From contig NC_068986.1 in the NCBI RefSeq assembly GCF_001194135.2, forward strand, positions 31,256,467-31,308,956: a stretch of 52,490 nucleotides of DNA. Reading direction: 5' to 3'. Made by a program: the position numbers and the translations under genes. Of this stretch, positions 28,570 to 40,681 are shown one piece after another. How positions within the stretch are numbered: the stretch's first letter is position 1; every line of letters starts with the position of its first letter. The notes beneath the pieces were generated by a model that saw only the letters and a list, made by a program, of their open reading frames with translations, did not search any database and was not told where the DNA came from. Origin of the DNA: Octopus bimaculoides (taxonomy: Eukaryota).

Positions 28570-31500
28570 ATGTGTTTGTGTGTCTATATTTGTCCCTCCC
28601 CAACATCGCTTGACAACCGATGGTCGTGTGTTTATGTCCCCGTAACTTAGCAGTTCGGCAAAACACACCGATAGAATAAGTACTAGGCTTCCAAAGAATA
28701 AGTCCTGGGGTCGATTTGCTCAACTAAAGTCAAAAAGACTGAAACAAGTAAATGAGTAAGAGTATACATACATACACACACATACATACATACATACATA
28801 CATTCATCTATCCATTCATTCATTTGAGAAGACCCATCAAGCCAAGTGAAATCATAGTCATGGCTGATGCTGGTATCTATGTTATACAATATTTAAAAAA
28901 TACTGACAAAAAAAGATTCCCCTTTGATTCCTTTAGCCAGTGGCAGGTAAAAAGCACCTTTCAAGTGTTGGGCAATGTAAAAAATTACAATTCTTAGTCA
29001 TTACTTTAAGTTACAATATCAATATTAATTTGTCATTCCATATATTTAAAGATATTTAATTTAAAGATATTTAATTTAAAGATATTTAATTGTGAAATCA
29101 TTTCATTTAAAGGTTACCAAAGAGAATTACAGTATCAACATGGAGATGGAACTTTTAGTGCATTTGGTGAAAATGACAAACAGGGAAGCACTTGGCTCAC
29201 TGCATTTGTCTTGAAATCTTTTGCCCAGGCTAAAGACTTTATATTCATAGATGAATTGATAATTTCAAATATTATGTTCTGGTTTCATAGCAACCAAATG
29301 GAAAATGGTTGCTTTCATGAATTCGGTAAAGTCTGGAGTAGTTATCTGAAAGGTGGACTAGAGAGTAATGGTGATATTCCATTGACAGCATATTCTGTAA
29401 TTGCAATTCTCGCGACTAATGTTCCAAACCGTGTATGTATTTTAATGTTTCATAATAATTTGATTGGCTCTTTTGAGTTACATTTATGAATTTGTGTAGC
29501 AAGATTCTTGATGTTGAAACAGATATTGTAGTATTTCAGGATGTCATGTGTTGAAACAGATATTGTAGTATTTCAGGATGGTCATTTTTGTTTGCCAAAT
29601 AAACACACACACTATATATTCGTTCTTCACTCATTTATTACTGTTCTTATTCTAATTCATGTGCATCATCTGGAAATCCTTCGTCACAAATCTGTGACCT
29701 CCTCAGCGACACATTCCATCTTCATATGTGCTCTTGCTCTGCATATTCCATTCTATTCTTCTATGATGTGTTATAGAAGAACAGAATGGAATCGGCAGAG
29801 CAAGAGCACACACAAAGATGGAAAGTGTTGTTGAGGACAAGGGACATGAGTTAGAATAAATGAGTGAAGAATGACTATATAGTGCATGCGTTTATTTGGC
29901 ATTAAAAAAAATGACAATATTTTTTCAGTTGCTTGTCACAAATTTTGTATTTTTTTCAATTTTGTTCCAATTGTTTTCAAATTTGGTTATGCCAATTTAG
30001 TTTTGTATGCTAATTACAAAAGCCGACTCAAAAAAGTACCTTTGGATCATAGGGCGACATGCCGTGTTTGAGGAGACCTATTGAGTCAAGTACATCAACA
30101 TCTACATCAACATCAACATCAAAATCAAATCAAGCGACAATCAAATGGAAATTATAGTTGTGGATGATACCAGCGCCACCTGACTGGCTCCCCGTGCCTG
30201 TGGCACATAAAAAGCACCATCCAAATCTGGTTGATGCCAGCCTCCTCACCCCGACTAGCTCCTGTGCTGGTGGCATGTAAAAAGCACCATCCAAACATGG
30301 CCAATACCAGTGCTGCTTTGATGGATAGAACAAGCCTACAAGATCAGCTACTACAGTACCACTATAATTCACTATGGAGAATTTGAAGCCAATAGTTATG
30401 ATTAAAAAACATTTTCCTGGCATTCATCACTGTTCTGATTGCTAATCATTGTGAATTGTTACCAAAAATTCAAAGCTTTCATTAGAAGGAATTTTGATAA
30501 AGATAGACAGGATTCCACAATACCAAATTAGGTAAAGCTGCAGGTTATTTTATTTTCGATACCATCAAACTAGTAGATAACAGTGGTATTGCAGCTATTT
30601 TTATCTCATTTCATCATACTTCTAATCTTTAGGATAATGTTATCAAGAATGTACTTACTATCTATGCACAATTTGATTTTGGAGAGATTAATTAATCTCC
30701 ATTTGGAGCTGGTCCTTCAGAGTGATTTAAGGGAGCTGTGGGGGTAAGGTAATCCAAACAGTCTTCTGTTTTTAGTAGGGTCGCAAGTTTCTTCATAGAC
30801 ATATAATTAAGTGTGCAATGAAAGAAAATAAAACTTCTTAGATTTTGGGAGAGTTAATAGTATTTATTTACAGGTTGACTTAGCCCCTATATCATTCAGG
30901 TAACAGAAAGGGCATCAGCTAAAGAAAATATGCCTGAATTAATTTCATGTGACCTATACAAACATGAAAATGTAGGTGTTAGAACTATGATGATACAAAA
31001 AAATCTTCAAAATTCTACAGCTTTTGTGAATTTATTCTTTTTATATTTTTCTGACTTCGTGTTTGTTTTACAGAATTTTACTTCAATGGATCTTATAAAC
31101 AATGCTATGGCATGTTTATCAAAAGCTGAAGTGAATGATACATACACATTAGCTTTAATGCATTATGCTTTTGTGCTGTCTGGAAGTAATGAGGAAAAGA
31201 AGAACGCTTTAAGAGAAGAATTGATGAATCGAGTTATTCGTGACGGTAAGAAACAATATAAGATACCTTATATTATTATTATTTGAAAGAATTGTTAGAG
31301 AACTGAACAAGATGCCTTGTGGTGTTTATTCCAGTATTTTATGATCTGAGTCCAAATCCTGTTGATATCAATTTTGCTTGTATTATTTGGAGTTTCATAA
31401 AATAAATATCTCAGTCAAATATAACGGGGAGAGACATAGGGTCAATAAGATATCCAAAATTTCTTCTAATCCTTCTGTTCAAACTTTTCATTTTTCTCAG

Positions 31501-31660
31501 GTAGAGTATTAGTCCTAAAATGTCAGATTTTCCCTATCAGTGCATACAAGCTTATACAAATGCACACATTTTAACATTAGTTGCTTAGTTGAAAATAGTT
31601 ACCTCTCTCATTTGCAATGTCTGTTTATTATTTTTCATAAAGGATTAAAGGAAAAAAATT

Positions 31661-31695
<35 letters not shown>

Positions 31696-34286
31696 TAACT
31701 TTCTAATGGTGCCCTAACTGTATTTAATAGAAGTTCTGAAGGAAATAAAGCAAATTTCATTGCCAAAAGTATCTTTAGCAATCAAAAAAAGTGCTAGTAA
31801 TTCTAAGAAGCCTTTCCTAGCTCTGCTTTTATTTCATCTTCTTTTAATACAATTCTATATTTGTGAGATGAGGAATTTATATTATGTATAGTGTTTATAT
31901 TATTTGGGCTGGTGTCTTCATCTTGATTGTTGTTTTTATTATGTATTGGCTGTTGTCCACTCCAGCTCCTTTTCAGGTGTCTTGTGTTGAACTTGATTGT
32001 TGCATTGAGCATAGTGTAGTAGATAAAGATGTTGGTTAATGCAGTACAGACACCTAAAGGTTCTGAGTTCAGTCCCAGGCAACACACTAAGGTAATTCAC
32101 AAAAATCAACTGAAGCAGAAAATGTCATGAAACACAGGGAGTAGAATGAGAACAGTGTATCCCCTTGGATCAAATAAAGGGTTAGGTTTGAAATTCTGAT
32201 ACAACAGAATTTAATGCAAGACACCCGAAGAAGGCTGGAGCATACAACATCCAAAAAGTAGTGACGGTAACAATCAAGATGTGGACTCCAGTCCAACTAA
32301 TATAAACAGTATACATATCTTCTTCTTTTATCTTTTGAAATTTTTCCTTATTCAATTATTTTTTCCTAATTTAAACAATTTTTTTGTTGTTGTTTTCTTA
32401 TTTCATCATACTTCTACTACTAAAATAATTTCATAGATGGAAACATGTATTGGACCAGAGACAACAAAAAACTTGAACCCGAAGAAACTGATCCTTGGTT
32501 TTTCTATGGACAAGCTTCCTCTGCTGAAGTGGAGATCACATCATATGTTTTACTGGGTATTTTGCAAGATGAAGGTATGAGTGCAGTGGCCCAGACTTTA
32601 CCAGTTATACAGTGGCTTACAAAACAAAGGAATCCATATGGAGGTTTCACCTCAACACAAGTAAAGTCACATTTCATTTCTTCGTTATTTTGTTGTACCC
32701 AGGAAGGATCATTATATCAATAATAACACATGCATTGGTTCTATTTCACTTCTTATTTGTCAGTTTGCAAACTATTAAACCAATGAACTAATTGTTTGAT
32801 TAATCCTTCACTTCAGAACATTTTTATATCTACAATTCTTGTTACTACTGTTAACTAACATGAACTGTCTTCTTCCTTTTGCAGGACACAGTACTTGCAT
32901 TACAAGCTTTGGCACAATATGCCAAATTCACTTACAGAGATGGACTTAATATGCATATTGCAGTAAAAGGAGATGAATTTGAGAAGGAGTTCTTGATAGA
33001 TGATATCAACAGCTTGGTATTAAAGACAGAAGAGATCAAAATCTTGCCTAATGAAATAAAATTGAAGGCCAAAGGATCTGGATGTGCCTTAGTTCAGGTA
33101 AAATATGAAATTCAATTTATGCAAATTTTATATGATGGTGTTTTTGTCTGTCACTAGGCATTGGTCAGTTGAGGGCTAAAGTAAAAGACACTTGCCAAAG
33201 GTACTCTATAGTGGAACTGAATCAGAAGCCATGGGGTTGCAAAGCAGGCTTCTTAACCACAGCTGTGTCTGTGTTCAATGGGAGTCATGTATATAAATCA
33301 GCTGGATTTTCATATCTAAATAAGACATACAAGGTGCATCTAGTTTGTGTTTCTCTTATCACTGGCAAAGTTGATGCTCCAGTGTAATGGGAAACAGCTA
33401 CTGAATTGTCTCCCTTATTTGCTAAACTTGTAATAATATAATGTCGTTTTAATGTACTGATATGCTTGACTTTCTAAAATGGCTGGAAGTGTGTTCACAT
33501 TATATAAAAGCTGTAGTCAGTCAGTCTATAGCAAAACAGTGCTATTCTTGTATCACACCATTTTCATCATCACCATCATGACGAGAGCATTGAATTGACA
33601 GAATTGTTAGAGGTTGACTCCACCTTTCATTTTTCTGGTGTTGGTGGGGGTGGGGGGGTGTCAATAAAATAAAGTACAAGTCAACTACTGAAGTCATTTT
33701 AACCTTTTCTTCCCGTTCTCCTCCATATCTTTAGCCTGATGCTTATGTAAGAAACGATTATTATTATTGCATTCTTTATATTTTACTTAACGTGGATAAT
33801 ATGTAGAAACCCAGAAAAGTGTAGCATTCATCTCAAGAAAGTGCTAAGAAAGCATGTATGTACCTTTTTAGCACTGTAAATCTATACGAGATGCTCTTCT
33901 TGAAATTATTACTGCCAGCAGTTTTCTATCTTTCTATAGCATATCCACATTGAGTAAAATATACTGAATGTTATTTTGAACTAAGACTGCTTTCGTCATT
34001 AACAACAAATCCTCGTCAGTGTCATCGTTGTCATCGTCGTCATCATTACTACTACTGATGAGCACAATTGGCAAGGTTTTTAGAGTATCAGACAAAATGC
34101 TTTGTGGAGTTTGTAGCATTTACATTCTGAGTTCAAATCTCATCAAGATCAACTTTACCTTTTATCCTTCTGAGGCGGAGGGGGTTTGATAAAATAAAGT
34201 ACCAGTCAAGTACTGGTCTTGATTCACTAAACTGTTTCACCTGTCATCTCCAATTTCCAGCCTGTGACTAATTTTAAAATAATTAC

Positions 34287-34327
<41 letters not shown>

Positions 34328-34337
34328 NNNNNNNNNN

Positions 34338-34377
<40 letters not shown>

Positions 34378-35866
34378 CCATCATTACAGTGTTTCATTTT
34401 CATTACCATTATTATCATATAACGCATTTTGTTTGTCAATTCCTTTAATTTTTAGATGAATGTCAAGTACAATGTGTTTGAAATTATTGCCAATACATCA
34501 CCATTAAGACTAAAAGTGTTCCCTGTCTACACTGAAGGAAAATGTGACCGAGCTATACTACGTATTAGTGTTGGGTGAGTCTGCTTATAAAAGATATTTT
34601 TTATATTAGAATGTGTTCATTGTTATAATAATAATTATTATTATTATTATCATCAGGGTTAATAAAATGAGTACCAGTTGAACACTGAGGTTAATGTAAC
34701 TGACCCAATCTCTCCTCTGAAATTACTGAATATTTACAATGTTCAGGACAATTTGCTGTCTCAGAATGAAACCTGTTTTTTCCAATGTGTTCTATTATTC
34801 ATTTATCATTGAATCACCTGTGATAAACAAGGACAAATGTGCATCCACTTCTACAGTTAAATCTTTTAGATAGTTATATCACACAGACATTTTATTGTGA
34901 AGCAACTTGCTCTTGTTATTTACAAGCCTATTTCCTGTTGAGGTTAATTTTGCCTTTCACCCTGCTTTAGTCAATGAAATAAAGTACCAGTTAAATAAAT
35001 AAAATGTTTGTTTTTCAATTTTTTTTTTTTGCAGTGATTTGTCTAACAGCACCAATATGGCGGTTTCTGAGATCAAACTCCCAACAGGCTGGGTGGTATA
35101 TCGACCATCTTTGAAAGAAGTAAGTTATATCTGAATAATAAATCATTAAATTTTGGAATTAAATCTTTCCATTCATGTCTTAAGAAAAAACCTATTGAAG
35201 TTATCGAATAACTGAGATAGATCATTAGTAAATCATAAATCACTACTGCCCAAAAAACATATGTAAAAGCAATTTAAACCTACAAATTAGCAACAATTTC
35301 TCCATCTATAATTGATATTTTTGCCATGTGTGACCCTGCTAACATTTTTCTATTATTCATAGGTTTTTTTACCACACCTAATCTTATAACAATTACTGAT
35401 TTCTCTAAGTATTCTAATTTGTAGAATGCCTAATGATATTTGTTTTCAAAAATGGAAATAAAAATAAATCTTATCTGAATGATGAAGCTGTAATAACTTT
35501 CTACATTGTGTCAGTGCCATGTAAAAAACACCTGTGCTGGTGCCATATCAAGAGCCCTTGTGCCACTGCAATGTATAAAGCATCTGTGCTGGTGCCATAT
35601 CAAGAGCCCTTGTGCCACTGCAATGTATAAAGCATCTGTGCTGGTGCCATATATAGGGCACCCATGCTGATTTCACATATAAAGCACTGGTGTTAGCTTC
35701 ATATAAAAAGCACCCAGTACACTCTGTAGAGTGGTTGGTGTTAGGAAGAGCATCAAGCCATAGAAACAATGGCAAAACAGACAATTGGAGCCAAGTGTAA
35801 CTCTCCAGCTGGTCAGCTTCTGTCAAACCAGCTAACCCATGCCAGTTTGGAAAATAGACACTAAAG

Positions 35867-35924
<58 letters not shown>

Positions 35925-37879
35925 AAAGATGATTATCTTTTGGTCAAATGTAAAATATATATATATATATAACACTTGTTTGTACTGACAAAATTAAGTG
36001 AAACAAATTTGAAACAAATTAAGTGAAACATTTGTGGGGAGAAGTTAATTCCTTGGAAGAGCATCCAACCATAAAAACATTGGCCCAAAAATTCTTGTCC
36101 AACTCATGTCAGCATGGAAAAACAGATTAAGAATGAAGGTGGGGATGACAATACATACATGTGTGCATGTATATGTATACATATAGGTATCGTCATCATC
36201 ATCATCATCATTTAAAGTCCATTTTCCATGCTGGCATGGGTTGGACAGTTTGACCAGAGCTGGCAAGCAGGAGAGCTGCACCAGGTTCCAGTCTGACTTG
36301 GCATGGTTTCTATGATGGGACGCCCTTCCTAATGCCAAACACTCTTACATGGCTTAGGTCCCTACCACCCCTCCGCCCCTTTCTTTTCCAGAAAAATGTG
36401 GCTTGCGGCAGGTTTGGAGGTCAGATATGTTGAATGCACTCAAAAAACCTGTGGAAAAAATTATTTCACATTAAGGCCTGAACTGTTCCTTTATGAAATA
36501 TTTACCCTTATATTTTTGAAATTACATTCACTTAAAAATATTTCTAAACAGTTAAAATATTGTGTTTAACAAAAGCAAAAATAGAAACATTTACTGTAAA
36601 AACAACTTGTATCTTTTCATTGGCAAATTAACATCACTAACACATTTTCCCAGGTTGTGATGTTTGTTTTCAAAATGTAGAAGACATTGATCATAATGTC
36701 TCAAATTGAAAGGTTAGAGTTTCTTCCCTTTCAGAGTTATGTTATTTTCTGAGTATTTTCCCATTATGCCCCATTTTGGGTATTTATGAATACCTCAAAA
36801 ATGTCTTCTTGGATCTACCTCTACTACAGGTTCCCTCCACAGTTAGAGATCAGCACTTCTTTACCTCGTCCATACACATCACATGACCATACCAGCACAG
36901 TCATCTCTCTTGCAAACCACGTCTGATTCCTCTTATGCCTAACTTTTCTCTCAAGATGCTTACACTCTGTTTGAACATACACACTGACACTGCAGATCCA
37001 GCGAAGCATACTGGACTCTCCTCCTCCCACTCATTCTCCACATTCAGCAGTCTTTCATAATGGCATTTCCAAGCCTCTTTCTTTGCAGACTCATTAAAAG
37101 CAAGTGCACCATCATCCATGCAGACACATTTCTCTCCAGTGACATCACAATTTTCTCTCACACACTGTCTTGCAATCTGAAATACTTCAGAAGTTTTATT
37201 TTTTTAATTCATCTTTTATTCCCATTAACTATAAAACACATTATATGTGTCAAGCATTAAAAGGAGGTAAATATGCCATACCTTCTAAGTTTATTTTGTT
37301 TATATCTAAAAGTACAGTGTTGATTAAATGGCAGGATTTCAAAAGCATTTTTTGAAATTCTTTGCTTGTGTTTAATATATCAACATAATGTTTTCAAATC
37401 TACTAACTTACACCATGGTATTTCCATAGGTCCTGCTATTTGTTATTATTGTGATCGTGTGCCAAAATCTGAAACCATTATTATTATTATTATTATTATT
37501 ATTCAGTAGTTTTATTTTTATAGCGTGCTTTCACTTCACTACCGAGCGCAGCTCTGTGCGCCTTGGGTATGTGCTGTGGTTTGCTGTGGTGCTCTTATGT
37601 TTACTGTATTGAAAGTGTTTTGCGTAGAATGTGTGCGCTACCCAGTAGTGCAATTTTCTGTATGTTATATATATTTGTAAGTCCTGGTGTTTTTGTTATG
37701 TATTTGTCTGAATATTTTTTTATTATACCTAAGGCACCTACTATGATAGGAATTGTTTCTGTTTTTAGATTCCACATTCGAGTTATCTCTATTTCCAGGT
37801 CTTTGTATTTTGAAAGTTTTTCCATTTCTTTTAGAGAAACGTTGTCATCTGCTGGTATTGAAACATCAATTAGAAGGCA

Positions 37880-37913
<34 letters not shown>

Positions 37914-40623
37914 TTTAAGGTTGCAGCTGGCAGAATTGTTAGTGCGCTGGGTGAAATACTTAGTGATATTTCATCTGTCGCAATGTTCCGAGTTCAAATT
38001 CTGCTGAGGTCAACTTTGTCTTTCATCCTTTCGGGGGTCAATAAAATAAGTACCAGTTAAACACTGGGTCGATGTAATCGACTCATCCCCTCCCCCAAAA
38101 TTGCTGCCCTTGTGAAAAAATTTAAACCATTATCATCATCATCATCATCATCATCATCATTATTATTATTATTATTATTATTATTTTCATTAGCACCTTC
38201 TTTCAATTCTGTGTCCATTTCTTGCTGAGTGTCTTCTTGACACCTAGGGCAGAGAAACATACTGTATACATTGGTAGGCCATTAAAACAAACACACCAGA
38301 TTGTTCATTTACAGAGTCATGTGATAGAGAAAAAGGGGAAGACAGAGAGAAAAAAAAATTAAAAAATAGAAAAGTAAACAAATAAAATAAAGGGGGTGGG
38401 AAAAGGAAAGAAAATTTACAGTGACAATGCTCTTCTCAATACATGTGATGTACCAGTTAAAACAGTCTTTTGCACTTCCTGCATGGATGGTAAGCCAGGG
38501 ATCATTCTTAAATAATTTTCATTTCCTTTTTTGATCATTCCAAGTGCTCCTACAATCACTGGTATTGCAACCATCTTGAGATGCCACATCTTTTTGATTT
38601 CAATTAGCAAATCTTTACATTTTCTGAGCTTATCAAATTCTTTTGCCGAGATATTATGGTCACAAGGTATGCTCATGTCAATCAATAAACAGACTTTATT
38701 GCTTTTGTCTTTCACAACAACATCTGGTTTATTTGCCCTGATGGTCCGGATTGTACATATTATTGTCATTATTATTATTAAGTTTTTAAATATTGTATTA
38801 TTAAAATCTCATATGGAGAAAAGAAAAAAAAATTGTTTTACATATAGAAAAGTTGCACTTTGTTGATTGAATATAAACAAGTTATTTTTGATGAAACCAA
38901 GAATTTGGGCAACACCTTATATGATTGCTATCAGGGATGATTCTATATATCTTGAAAGAAGTTAAAGTATCTCAACTATACACATTTACATACATTCTTG
39001 CACTGTAATGCCAGTTTTTTTTTCCTCTAAATTCTTTTATCATTGAAGTGATTTTACACACAATGACTAATCTTGGTAAAACAGCATCAAAACATAATTT
39101 CTCACATTTTGTAAAATTTATTCCAGTGAGTTGGTAAAAATGTTAGAATGTAAGACAAAATTATTTTGCAGCATTTGTTACAGCTCTTTACATTCTGAGT
39201 TCAAATCTCACCAAGGTAAATTTTGCTTTCATCATTTCTGGTTTACTCTTTTACTCTTTTATTTGTTTCAGTCATTTGACTGTGGCCATGCTGGAGCACC
39301 GCCTTTAGTCGAGCAAATCGACCCCCAGGACTTATTCTTTGTAAGCCTAGTACTTATTCTAGCGGTCTCTTTTGCCAAACTGCTAAGTTACGGGGACGTA
39401 AACACACCACCATCGGTTGTCAAGCAATGTTGCGGGGACAAACACAGACACACAAACACACACACACATACACATATATATATACATATATACGACAGGC
39501 TTCTTTCAGTTTCCATCTACCAAATCCACTCACAAGGCTTTGGTCAGCCCGAGGCTACAGCAGAAGACACTTGCCCAAGGTGCCACGCAGTGGGACTGAA
39601 CCTGGAACCATCGGAACCATGTGGTTGGTAAGCAAGCTACTTACCACACAGCCACTCCGTGGTAAAAGAAAAAATACCAATCAAGGATGGTAAGCAAATA
39701 GCTTGCAATATTTGTCTTGGTACATTAGATTATGAGTTCAAATTCTGCCATGGCCAACTTAGGTTGTGAACTTAATTCATTCCTCACTTAACACCATCAT
39801 CTAGGACCTTGGGTACCTCTTGTAGAGTCCGCTATGTTGCAAGCATTTTGACGAGGTCTTCAGTTTGAGTATCCTTTCATTCCTCTCTTTCCCCCAATTC
39901 TCTGAGACTCTACCTTCCATTCTAAATAAAAAATTTAAAAAAAAAGCAAATTAACATGCAAAATGTGCAAGTTGGTTTATCAAGCCACCACTTCCAAGCA
40001 ATACAGACACACACACACACACACTATATGTTAATATGTATATGAATGTATATTTTTTTTGTCTTATTACCTCCTGTCACCAATTTTCAAATCTACTGAT
40101 GAAACCTGATTTCCTCATCACTTGGACCATTTCTCCCCACTATAGACATTCCCACAACCACTACCATTGCTGCGACTAACACTTGTTGCCTCTCTTTTCT
40201 TCTGTCATATTTTTCACTATTATATTTATTTTTATCATTCTCGCCACTCTCAAACCAGTATCACTAATAAACAAACTTATTTCTCTCCAACTAAGGGTTT
40301 TGTCTAAAACATGACCTCTCTTCTTACTCATGACATAAAACCTATTTCATAGTTTGAACATTTTGTTTTACTATTTGTTTATACAGAACATAGCTATTTT
40401 CTTTAATTCTATGCTGTTATGGAATGAAATATGGCTACCTCTGATGAGTGTAGGGTTATATAATTGGATTGTCACCTAACACTCCATCATATCCCTAGTG
40501 CAAGACGGATTGTTAAGTTCAGCTGTGATGGATATATATAATACACTTTGGATAATATACCCACTCTATTGACAGATATATGAGCATACCTTTTTCCTGA
40601 CTTATGGACTTTTAAATGACTCA

Positions 40624-40681
<58 letters not shown>

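Noticed and set aside
29431-29436. Alternative donor GTGTAT at 29431
   Set aside because: Gives phase 1, incompatible with exon 18; GTATGT at 29433 fits.
30633-30700. Possible extra exon after TTTAG (DNVIKNVLTIYAQ...)
   Set aside because: In-frame stop after ~20 codons and no suitable donor; exon 17 joins exon 18 directly in phase 0. The 17-nt match to the exon 19 acceptor region may be chance.
35529-35652. CRISPR-like repeat array
   Set aside because: Head-to-tail tandem repeat without unique spacers, inside a eukaryotic LINE UTR.
37563-38060. 165-aa plus-strand ORF
   Set aside because: Antisense reading of an RLE retrotransposon fragment plus (ATT)n and a SINE.
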